64,000 nucleotides of DNA, taken from the NCBI GenBank assembly GCA_963844965.1, contig CAWJQC010000007.1, positions 64,001 to 128,000 on the forward strand, written 5' to 3'. The notes under the pieces are model-generated. The model had not been told where the DNA came from and did no database searches. It was given only the letters and a program-made list of their open reading frames with translations. The position numbers and the translations under genes are program-made. Origin of the DNA: an uncultured bacterium. Lineage in GTDB: Bacteria; Patescibacteriota; Minisyncoccia; UBA6257; 2-01-FULL-56-20. This document shows positions 47,061-54,798 of this stretch, piece after piece. Every line of letters starts with the position of its first letter. Position 1 is the stretch's first letter.

Positions 47061-48230
47061 ATGGTTTCCAAGAAATTGTTTTGTTTCGGCATTATTGTTT
47101 CTCTTGTTTCTTTCGCGGGAGCGATGTCCTTTGTTTTTGCTCGCCAGCCGATAGACGGTTTTGAAGCTCATCATCCTATCCATGTGAGAGGAGAAGATTC
47201 TCATGGGAATATAACGGCTATCGCCGCCGCTCTTAGGCCCGATCAGACAACCAGCCTTACGCCGACAGCGATAAAGAGCGCATATAAATTGCCGGCAACC
47301 GGCGGCAGCGGAACGACGATTGCCATCGTGGACGCATACAACGATCCGAACATAGAAAACGACCTCAATGTCTTCAGTAAACAGTTTGGCTTGCCTTCGG
47401 TTACCAGTGCGAACTTCAGCGAGGTTTTAATGTCCCCGAGAGTTCAGAACGACAGCGGCTGGGGGCTTGAGGAATCACTCGATACCCAGTGGGCTCATGC
47501 TGTTGCGCCAAGCGCAAAAATTCTTCTAGTGATTGCGAAATCGGCGAGCGGCAATGACCTTCTTGCGGCAGTTGATTACGCGCGATCTCAGCGTGGCGTT
47601 GTGGCGGTCTCTATGAGCTGGGGTGGCAGCGAATTTTCAGGCGAGTCAAGCTATGATTCGTATTTTACGAGCAAGAACGGCAATAGCATTACCTTCTTTG
47701 CCGCCTCGGGAGATGGCGGACACGGTGTTGAATGGCCTGCGGTTTCTTCAAATGTCGTTGGCGTAGGCGGGACAACACTTACGCTCGCGGCGAACGGCGC
47801 AGTATCTTCTGAAACGGCCTGGAGCGGGAGTGGTGGAGGATTGAGCGGCTACGAGTCTGAGCCGGGCTACCAGACAACGTATAATATTCCAAATGATGCA
47901 AAAAAGTATCGGGCGGTACCGGATGTGTCGTATGATGCCGATCCCAATTCCGGTGTTTCGGTATATGACAGTTACGCTTATCAGGGATATAAGGGTTGGT
48001 TTGTCGTTGGCGGCACAAGCGTCGGAGCACCTCAATGGGCGGCAATCAAAGCGCTCGGCGGCACAGCCTCAAACCAGAAATTCTATCCGGACGCTTCGGG
48101 TGTCTCCTATGCATCCTACTTCCGCGACATCATGAGCGGCGGAAATGGTTCGTGTGCTCTTTATTGTACGGCCTCAGGTGGCTACGATTACGTTACTGGA
48201 CTCGGAAGTCCGCTTACGACAAAGTTCTAG
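47061..48230 (+). CDS. Secreted S8/S53-family serine peptidase (sedolisin-like)
   Basis: Signal peptide, IAIVDAY (catalytic Asp), and GGTSVGAPQWAAIKAL (catalytic Ser motif). Confidence 0.6.
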   Translation: MVSKKLFCFGIIVSLVSFAGAMSFVFARQPIDGFEAHHPIHVRGEDSHGNITAIAAALRPDQTTSLTPTAIKSAYKLPATGGSGTTIAIVDAYNDPNIENDLNVFSKQFGLPSVTSANFSEVLMSPRVQNDSGWGLEESLDTQWAHAVAPSAKILLVIAKSASGNDLLAAVDYARSQRGVVAVSMSWGGSEFSGESSYDSYFTSKNGNSITFFAASGDGGHGVEWPAVSSNVVGVGGTTLTLAANGAVSSETAWSGSGGGLSGYESEPGYQTTYNIPNDAKKYRAVPDVSYDADPNSGVSVYDSYAYQGYKGWFVVGGTSVGAPQWAAIKALGGTASNQKFYPDASGVSYASYFRDIMSGGNGSCALYCTASGGYDYVTGLGSPLTTKF

Positions 48231-48263
48231 TTCCCCTTCGGAAACGGAAAAGACAATCCAATT

Positions 48264-48290
48264 AAAAACCGGGCGTATGCCCGGTTTTTA
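48264..48290 (+). terminator. Intrinsic terminator of the peptidase gene
   Basis: ACCGGGC-GTAT-GCCCGGT followed by TTTTTA. Confidence 0.75.
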
Positions 48291-48363
48291 ATTTGTCCGT
48301 GCGTTACCGGGCACCGGCTGTTTCTGTTATACTTAAACCAGATCTTGCGAAGGAGGTGGAATT

Positions 48364-48498
48364 ATGTTCGGTCAGATCTTTGCTATAGTATTTATCGTGG
48401 CCGAAGCCGCTGCAGTAACTTTTATTTTTGCCGGCGCCAGGCCGAAAAAGCCGAAAGAGTCCAGAGAGGAGAAGCAGGAGAAAAAGAAAGATAAGTAG
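48364..48498 (+). CDS. Unannotated 44-aa membrane peptide (MFGQIFAIVFIVAEAAAVTFIFAGARPKKPKESREEKQEKKKDK)
   Basis: Strong AAGGAGGTG Shine-Dalgarno 5 nt upstream of the ATG. One hydrophobic helix plus a charged tail, followed by its own terminator. Below the 60-aa threshold of the ORF track. Confidence 0.6.
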   Translation: MFGQIFAIVFIVAEAAAVTFIFAGARPKKPKESREEKQEKKKDK

Positions 48499-48533
48499 GC
48501 CGCCCATCGCGCTTCACCGGGCGGCTTTTTTTG
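48499..48533 (+). terminator. Intrinsic terminator
   Basis: GGCCGCCC-N13-GGGCGGC followed by TTTTTTT. Confidence 0.7.
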
Positions 48534-48673
48534 ATTACGTTGCGACACATCGCGCTTGCCTTGCGGAACCGCTCCATCATTCGGGCGAATGGTGGAATAG
48601 TTGATGAAATCGCTTAAATGTAGGATGATGCAGGGACCGCGGAAATTCCCGGCAAACGGCAAATTTTAAGCAG

Positions 48674-49420
48674 ATGAAAATAAGGAACATCGGCGCGGGG
48701 AAGGCAACAGTCCTCGTGGGCGTTCTCAAGCGCAAGCGGGATTTGGACATATTTCTCAAAGAACATTGGTATAGGATCCCGCTTCTTAAAGTGCCCAAGC
48801 GGAAGTTTCGTTATTTGGCGCTGTACGAACCGGCGCGCTTTGGACGGCGAAGCAAGTGCATCAGATATTACGCCCGCGTCGCGCGGTGCCTTGTGGAGAA
48901 GCGGCGCGAACTGCTGCCGGACGAAAGGGAGCATCCGAACGCCGAAGAGAGGTATCTGAGGATTCGCGTCGGCAGGGTCACGCGGTTGCCGCGGCCAATT
49001 CGGAACGTGCCGCCGCGCCGCCTGTCTTTCGGTTTCGCCGACCTTGACCGGCTGCTTGCCGTGAAGACCATTTTACAGCTTTACCACGTCGCTCCGACCG
49101 AGGAGATCGTCGGCGCGGCGCTCAAGCGTTCTCACATCCGCGCCATTCCCCAGTGCCATGTTTCGTGCGCCGGGAAACATTACTGTTTGGATTTCGCGGT
49201 CCATTGCGAACGCGGCTCAATTGCCGTTGAGTGCGACAATAAGAAAGCGCATGCCGGCGCCCGCCAGCAAGCGTACGATAGCGCCAAAGACACTTTTCTT
49301 TTTAATCATGGCTGGACGGTCATCCGGCTGAAGGAGGAAGCGATACTCTCCGATGTCCAATCCTGTGTTTTGCGGATACGGCGCGCCATAAAAAACTTCG
49401 GTGGAATGGCCTGTCGGTAG
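48674..49420 (+). CDS. DUF559-type (Vsr-like) endonuclease-domain protein, GC-rich and probably foreign
   Basis: C-terminal DFAVHCERGSIAVECDNKKAH...D..R...L...GWTVIRL pattern of DUF559. Arg-rich and visibly higher GC than neighbouring genes. Confidence 0.55.
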   Translation: MKIRNIGAGKATVLVGVLKRKRDLDIFLKEHWYRIPLLKVPKRKFRYLALYEPARFGRRSKCIRYYARVARCLVEKRRELLPDEREHPNAEERYLRIRVGRVTRLPRPIRNVPPRRLSFGFADLDRLLAVKTILQLYHVAPTEEIVGAALKRSHIRAIPQCHVSCAGKHYCLDFAVHCERGSIAVECDNKKAHAGARQQAYDSAKDTFLFNHGWTVIRLKEEAILSDVQSCVLRIRRAIKNFGGMACR

Positions 49421-49580
49421 TTGCCAGAAATTCGCGCCGCCATAAAAATTTCCGCGGGTGTTTGCCTGCTGGTAGGGCGGTTATGTTTTCGGATTTTTTC
49501 CGATTTCGTTTCCGCCGAGGGCGGATTAGCTTCCGATAGAAACCTACGGCGAGCCGTCGGGTAATTCAAGCGTCCTCACC

Positions 49581-50367
49581 GCCCGCCGGTTAACAATTGT
49601 TAACCGGCGGGCGGGAAGAGCAGGGTGTAATGAGGCGCGTAGCTCACCTGGCTGCTAATGGCGCGGCGCGATTTTCTCGCGCTAATTTCCGGGATGCGAA
49701 CCATTTCAGGATTTTCGGCAGATCGTTTTTGCTGATAACAAAAGCCCTCCCGATGCGGGTTGCCGGAATTCTCTTTTTGTCTATATTTTTGAAAACCGCG
49801 ACGCGGCTGATGCCCAAAACTTTCGCAAGTTCCGCCGTGGATATGAATTCCTTGTTGATCTCGTCCGCCATTCTCCGCATTTTCATTTTTCCACCTTAGC
49901 ACAATATCCGCGGGTTAACAATTGTTAACTTTGTCGGAATGGTAATCGGCCATAGTTAAAATCATAGTCAAAATGGTGGCTCATCTAGTGATTTGCCTCT
50001 GGTTGGGGGCTCTGAGTATCAACCAGTACCGGTTAACAATTGTTAACTTTGTCAGAATAGTGATTTGACATAGTTAGAACAATTAGAATGGTGACCTGCC
50101 ATAGTCGCATAGTCACGTGGCTCGTCCTTGGTGGTGGACTTTGGGCATCAATCGGCGCGGGTTAACAATTGTTAACTTTGTCAGAATGGTAATCTGTAGC
50201 CGGCGGGATCTCTGGCGGAGTCCTCCGCCAGGGGCGTGGTATCCCGGACATCAACTGGCGCCGGTTAACAATTGTTAACCGAGCAACAGAAAACAAAACC
50301 GAGAAAAAATCCCCCCAGTCATTTTTTCATCGTTTTTCCGTCCGCAGGTTAACAATTGTTAACCTGC
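49581..50367. repeat. Array of six perfect 16-bp palindromes GTTAACAATTGTTAAC. Copies 2-5 sit within ~100-130-bp degenerate tandem repeat units.
   Basis: Palindrome cores at 49589, 49914, 50032, 50161, 50264 and 50348. Three are extended to 22-32-bp perfect palindromes (for example GCCCGCCGGTTAACAATTGTTAACCGGCGGGC at 49581-49612). Copies 2-4 share a TTTGTCRGAATRGTRATY extension, and repeat units share ...ATCAAYNNNNCSGGTTAAC. Confidence 0.85.
49644..49886 (-). CDS. Excisionase-family / MerR-like helix-turn-helix DNA-binding protein
   Basis: ISTAELAKVLGISRVAVFKNIDKKRIPATRIGRAFVISKNDL matches the excisionase-family HTH pattern. Confidence 0.7.
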   Translation of the reverse strand: MKMRRMADEINKEFISTAELAKVLGISRVAVFKNIDKKRIPATRIGRAFVISKNDLPKILKWFASRKLARENRAAPLAAR

Positions 50368-50484
50368 ACTGTGCGCTGCCTGTTGACTATTACTGACTAT
50401 TAAAAAATGCGGGTAGATAAAGCGAGCACGGTATGGAGTTGGGGCCGCTTGACGATGCGCGGTCGCGGTGTTAATTTCATAAAT

Positions 50485-50967
50485 ATGAACGAGGAAAAGA
50501 GGGGGAAATATTGGAAGTTCGCGGTCGGGCTCGTCGCGCTCGTTCTTTTGGCGTTAGGGGCTTTTGTCGCGGCGAGGTATTATGGGCGACTGGAAGAGCA
50601 GCGGGCGGCGAACGACGCCACACAGTCGCTCCAAAAAGAAATCGCGGACTACAACGCGCGTCTCGCCTTGGACACCTACGGCGGCAAAACGCCGCAGGAA
50701 ACGCTGCAGCTCTACGTTGACGCCGTGGAGAAAGGCAACTACGTCCTCGCGAGCAAGTATTTCATAGGGGACAATCAGGAGAAGGAATTAAGCAGTTTAC
50801 AGAACAGTCCGAAGGAAAACACACAAAATGTTTTGCGTCTGCTTAAAACCGATCTTCAATCCGAAGGAAGTTTTTCTGAGAATAAAGATACGTATGGTAT
50901 AGAGAAGCCGCTTTTTGTTGATTTCAGACTTTATCCCAACGGCATCTGGAAGATTATAGAAATTTAG
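50485..50967 (+). CDS. Membrane-anchored hypothetical protein
   Basis: MNEEKRGKYWKFAVGLVALVLLALGAFVAA transmembrane anchor. Lies downstream of the palindrome array and is followed by a weak hairpin terminator at 51075-51096. Confidence 0.5.
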   Translation: MNEEKRGKYWKFAVGLVALVLLALGAFVAARYYGRLEEQRAANDATQSLQKEIADYNARLALDTYGGKTPQETLQLYVDAVEKGNYVLASKYFIGDNQEKELSSLQNSPKENTQNVLRLLKTDLQSEGSFSENKDTYGIEKPLFVDFRLYPNGIWKIIEI

Positions 50968-51100
50968 TAGTTCTTGTGGCTCTTGCCTGCCGGCAGGCAG
51001 GCAATAGGGTTTGGCCAACAGTCGTCTGTCATCTATCTGTCCGTCACAGCATCGCTTGGCACTGGCTTGAAAAAATCCGCCGAGAAGCGGTTTTTATTGA

Positions 51101-51130
51101 CTGGAAAAATTCGCGAAAAAGTGGGACAAT
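51101..51130 (+). promoter_or_regulatory. 30-bp motif CTGGAAAAATTCGCGAAAAAGTGGGACAAT immediately upstream of the RhuM-Fic gene (copy 1)
   Basis: 29 of 30 nt identical to the motif at 52340-52369. Contains the palindromic core TTCGCGAA. Confidence 0.6.
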
Positions 51131-51141
51131 AAGACAAAACC

Positions 51142-52107
51142 ATGAAAAAGAAGGCGATAAAAAATGAAATTGTAATATATCAGGCCAAAAACGGAGCGAT
51201 AGAATTTCGTAAGGACTTGCGCGCAGAAACGATTTGGGCAACGCAGGCGCAGATCGTTAAACTTTTTGATATTGATCAGTCAGTAGCTTCGCGGCACATA
51301 AGCAATATCTTCAAGGACGGCGAGGTTGACAAAAAAAGCAATATGCAAAAAATGCATATTGCAAATTCGGACAAACCAGTTGTTCTTTATTCACTCGATA
51401 TGATTTTAGCAGTCGGATATAGGACGAACTCGGGACGGGCGATAACTTTCCGCCAGTGGGCAACCAAGACCTTGCGGGCGCATATTATAGATAGCTATAC
51501 CATCAACCGTGCTCGCATTGCCCAGAATTACGAAGTTTTTCTGAAAGCGGTGGAAGATGTAAAAAAACTTCTTCCAACGGGCGGAGCAGTGGATATTGTC
51601 AATGTATTGGAATTGATCAAGACATTCGCGAGTACCTGGGTATCGCTGGATGCCTACGACAAATCCGCTCTGCCAAAGAGCGGCGCTACAAAAAAACAGG
51701 TTAAACTGACGGCGCAGGATTTCTCGGCCGCGCTCCTTGAACTTAGGCGGGAATTAACGGCCAAAAAAGAAGCCAGTGAACTTTTCGCGGTTGAACACCA
51801 GAAAGGAAACGTGACCGGTATAGTCGGCAACGTACTCCAATCCTTCGGCGGCAAAGACCTCTATCCAAGTGTTGAAGAAAAAGCGGCCCACCTTTTGTAT
51901 TTTATGGTTAAGAATCATCCGTTCACTGACGGCAACAAACGAGCAGGCGCATTTTCGTTCGTATGGTTTTTGAGAAAAGCCGGATTGCTGAATACCGCGC
52001 GCCTTACTCCCGAAGCCTTGACGGCGCTCACTCTGCTCGTTGCGGAAAGCAGTCCGAAAGACAAAGAGCGGGTAGTCGGATTGGCTCTTCTGCTTTTAAA
52101 AAAGTAG
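51142..52107 (+). CDS. RhuM-family N-terminal domain fused to a Fic/Doc domain
   Basis: N-terminal IVIYQAKNGAIEFRKD...WATQAQIVKLFD (RhuM-like). C-terminal HPFTDGNKRAG (Fic/Doc motif HxFx(D/E)GNKR). Confidence 0.7.
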   Translation: MKKKAIKNEIVIYQAKNGAIEFRKDLRAETIWATQAQIVKLFDIDQSVASRHISNIFKDGEVDKKSNMQKMHIANSDKPVVLYSLDMILAVGYRTNSGRAITFRQWATKTLRAHIIDSYTINRARIAQNYEVFLKAVEDVKKLLPTGGAVDIVNVLELIKTFASTWVSLDAYDKSALPKSGATKKQVKLTAQDFSAALLELRRELTAKKEASELFAVEHQKGNVTGIVGNVLQSFGGKDLYPSVEEKAAHLLYFMVKNHPFTDGNKRAGAFSFVWFLRKAGLLNTARLTPEALTALTLLVAESSPKDKERVVGLALLLLKK

Positions 52108-52339
52108 TTGCGACGAACCATCGAACAGTCCCACCCGTGCTCATCGGGGTTTAGTATTGGGGTGCGAAGCAGGGTGGTGAATGCGGCCTTTTTATATCCG
52201 GAGGATACCGCGTTCTACTGCTCTGGCCCGGCTAGGTTAATTGCCCCGACCTTGCGTCGGGGCTACTACCCATGAGCCCCATGGTGAAATTGCGACCAAA
52301 AATCGTGGCCGTAGGCCTTCGCAATTTCTACTATCGGGG

Positions 52340-52369
52340 CTGGAAAAATTCGCGAAAAAGTGGGAGAAT
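52340..52369 (+). promoter_or_regulatory. 30-bp motif CTGGAAAAATTCGCGAAAAAGTGGGAGAAT immediately upstream of the restriction endonuclease gene (copy 2)
   Basis: See copy 1. It ends 6 nt before the ATG at 52376. Confidence 0.6.
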
Positions 52370-52375
52370 GGGGAT

Positions 52376-53062
52376 ATGTCACAAGAGCAAATTAGGAAAA
52401 AAAATGGAGGCGCGGCAATCAAGGCTTTAGTCTCGGCAGGAGAAGAGATTTTGTCTAATTTGCAGCGAGTTATTGCTGTTGGCGGTTTCGATTATCGCAC
52501 TTTTGGTACGGCCATCGAGAAACACCTTAGCAATATTATTGTCAAAATTTTTAAAGAGAGAGGTTTTATTAGAAATAATCGGGATTACATTGTTGCACCA
52601 CATAAAAATTATTTTCCTGATTTTGAGTTAAAAACTGCGCCGCCCATTGCGATAGAGTTTAAATCCGGCAATAAAAGTCAGAACAGAAAGGGCAAATGGG
52701 TTACCGTTAAAAACAGCGAGAACGATATGGGCACGTTGAACGAGTGGCCCAAAAAGATTAAAAGATTTGGGGGAGAAAATATATACTATGTTTTTGTAAT
52801 CTATAATTTTAATAAAAAAACGAAACAGATCTTGAGTATAGAAATAGCCCCATTTTATAAATTTTTAGGACTTAGCAAGGGAAGCGTTCTTAAATATAGA
52901 GAAAAAGACGGAAATTTGCGGCCAAAAAATTTCGACGCCGAACCGCCGATAAAAAACCTGAGTCAGTTTGAGCAGTTATTTAATAAAACTATAATTTACA
53001 GATCAAAACGAATAATCAAAAAACACAAGCTAATTATTAAAAAAGCATCCTCGGGTTCTTGA
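52376..53062 (+). CDS. PD-(D/E)xK Type II restriction endonuclease candidate
   Basis: FPDFELKTAPPIAIEFKSG fits the PD...ExK pattern. Convergent with the methyltransferase and overlaps its 3' end by 26 bp. The start was chosen at the Met directly downstream of the conserved motif. Confidence 0.55.
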   Translation: MSQEQIRKKNGGAAIKALVSAGEEILSNLQRVIAVGGFDYRTFGTAIEKHLSNIIVKIFKERGFIRNNRDYIVAPHKNYFPDFELKTAPPIAIEFKSGNKSQNRKGKWVTVKNSENDMGTLNEWPKKIKRFGGENIYYVFVIYNFNKKTKQILSIEIAPFYKFLGLSKGSVLKYREKDGNLRPKNFDAEPPIKNLSQFEQLFNKTIIYRSKRIIKKHKLIIKKASSGS

Positions 53063-54617
53063 CGTTCACAGGGCTAGCTTTTTTATTAATTTGTTTTCTG
53101 GCAATAGCGAATGCGGGGTTATCTATCGGATAGATTCCTTCATCTTCGGATATCGTTAAATTTCTCAGATATTTTGATGCAACTTCTGGGGTATCGCCAT
53201 TGTATTTATAGCCGTTACTTGATCTATAATTAACTTTTTTGAGCTTGTCCGCAACAATTTTTTTATATTTTGGATCTATGTCAATACCGATATAGTTTCG
53301 GCCGAGTCGCTTTGCGGCCAATGCGGTTGTTCCTGCCCCAACGAAAGGATCTAGTACCACGTCGCCCTCGTCCGTCGTCATCAGAATCAAGCGTTCAAGT
53401 AGCGGCTCCGGAAGTTGGCACGGATGGGCGTCTCTGCGCGCATTATGTCTTATGCGGTGAATATCGGCCCAAACATCGCTTAGAAGTGTTCCGTGCGGGT
53501 GTATCTGACTTTTCTTTCCTCCGTAATCTTTGATCATTTTGCCACAACTCCGGCATTTCTTATGTGGCGCCCTAAGTTCGTGGAATTTAAATCCTTTGGG
53601 AAGTTTTGTATAGAATAGTATTCCGTAGTGTGCGGGTAATAAGGTTTTGCCTAAAGGCGTACTCATTGAATCCCACGCGATCCAGTGTTTAAAGACCGCA
53701 ATCTTATTGAGATGATTAGCATAATAAATTAACCACTTTGGTATATTGTGGACCAAAATAGAGCCCGTTGGTTTAGTTATTCTAACCATCTCGGTTAGCC
53801 ATTGCTCACACCACTTTATATAATCTTCCGCCGCTTTTTTGTCTTTATAGCTGCCGTATTTCTTATTTAGGTTAAATGGAGGGTCCGCGAAGGTCATATC
53901 AATTGAGTCGGCGGGAAGTTTTCTCATTTCCTCAATCGAATCTCCGCATAAAATTTCGTTGAGCGGTATCTTTTTGTATTGCTTATATTCTGTTTTTGTT
54001 TCCGGAAAGGTGACAGTAGAGGGAGTTTCTTCGCTGATAACATCGAGTACTATTCCTTGTATGGAAATATCCCGGCCATTTCGAAAGATTAGAGGCTCCA
54101 TGTTTTTGTTCGCCGGTTGTAAACGGATTCGGCCCCGTTCTTTATAGAATTTTTTAAGCGTTGCTTCGTGATTATCTATAAGTGCCACCACCTTTTGTCC
54201 ATTTTCGGCAACGCCCTGTTGTTTAACCAAGACGAGATCGCCATTGTTTATATTTTCGTCAACCATACTGTTTCCGACCACGCGTAGAGCGAAGAATTCT
54301 CCGGAGCGGGGAAGTTTGCTTTGCGGAACGGCAATGGTTTCTTTTTCCTCAACAGCTTCAATCGGCTGGCCGGCAGCTATGATGCCTAACAGGGGGATGC
54401 TAACCATTTTTTCCGATTCAGAAATTTGAATGCCGCGTCGCTTGTTCTCTTCTATTCGCAGGTGGCCGCCTTCCTGGAGCTTCTGAAGGTGTTCATGAAT
54501 GGTTCCGACTGCTCGCTTAAAATGTTTAGCTGTCTCCGGGATAGAAGGAGAGTAGCCATGTTTTTTTGAGTACGTTTTAAAAAAATCCAGAACCTCCTTT
54601 TGTTTTTTAGTGATCAT
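53037..54617 (-). CDS. LexA-like repressor (HTH plus S24 peptidase domain) fused to an N4/N6 DNA methyltransferase
   Basis: N-terminal ~200 aa: KQKEVLDFFK...HL, IPLLGIIAAGQPIEA, GNSMVDENINNGDLVLV and ATLKKF, the Ser/Lys dyad context of LexA. C-terminal ~320 aa: DPPFN, VLDPFVGAGTT and GIDIDPKY methyltransferase motifs. Confidence 0.75.
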   Translation of the reverse strand: MITKKQKEVLDFFKTYSKKHGYSPSIPETAKHFKRAVGTIHEHLQKLQEGGHLRIEENKRRGIQISESEKMVSIPLLGIIAAGQPIEAVEEKETIAVPQSKLPRSGEFFALRVVGNSMVDENINNGDLVLVKQQGVAENGQKVVALIDNHEATLKKFYKERGRIRLQPANKNMEPLIFRNGRDISIQGIVLDVISEETPSTVTFPETKTEYKQYKKIPLNEILCGDSIEEMRKLPADSIDMTFADPPFNLNKKYGSYKDKKAAEDYIKWCEQWLTEMVRITKPTGSILVHNIPKWLIYYANHLNKIAVFKHWIAWDSMSTPLGKTLLPAHYGILFYTKLPKGFKFHELRAPHKKCRSCGKMIKDYGGKKSQIHPHGTLLSDVWADIHRIRHNARRDAHPCQLPEPLLERLILMTTDEGDVVLDPFVGAGTTALAAKRLGRNYIGIDIDPKYKKIVADKLKKVNYRSSNGYKYNGDTPEVASKYLRNLTISEDEGIYPIDNPAFAIARKQINKKASPVNVKNPRMLF

Positions 54618-54798
54618 ATTTCCATTATATCATACCGACCCGAAAGAAAACCGAAAGTTATCCACAGGTTGGTTTTCGTTGATACGCGCGCTTGACGCCG
54701 CTCGTGTCGTTTGCTACCTTGTAGCGAATAGTAAATAGCCCATAACTCAATAACGAGTTCTGCCGCACTGGAGTAGCTTGCGGCGGAACATTTAATAT

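Noticed and set aside
49581-50367. Possible CRISPR array (regularly repeated 16-22-bp sequence)
   Set aside because: The repeats are perfect palindromes and the spacers vary from 84 to 325 bp. An excisionase-family HTH gene lies between repeat copies. No cas genes are nearby. The Cas4-like gene 8 kb away is solitary.
6066-54668. Three perfect DnaA-box 9-mers (TTATCCACA at 6066, 46862 and 54660) as an oriC indicator
   Set aside because: The boxes are isolated, not clustered, and not near dnaA/dnaN or an obvious AT-rich unwinding element. Three occurrences in 64 kb of AT-rich DNA is only modestly above chance.
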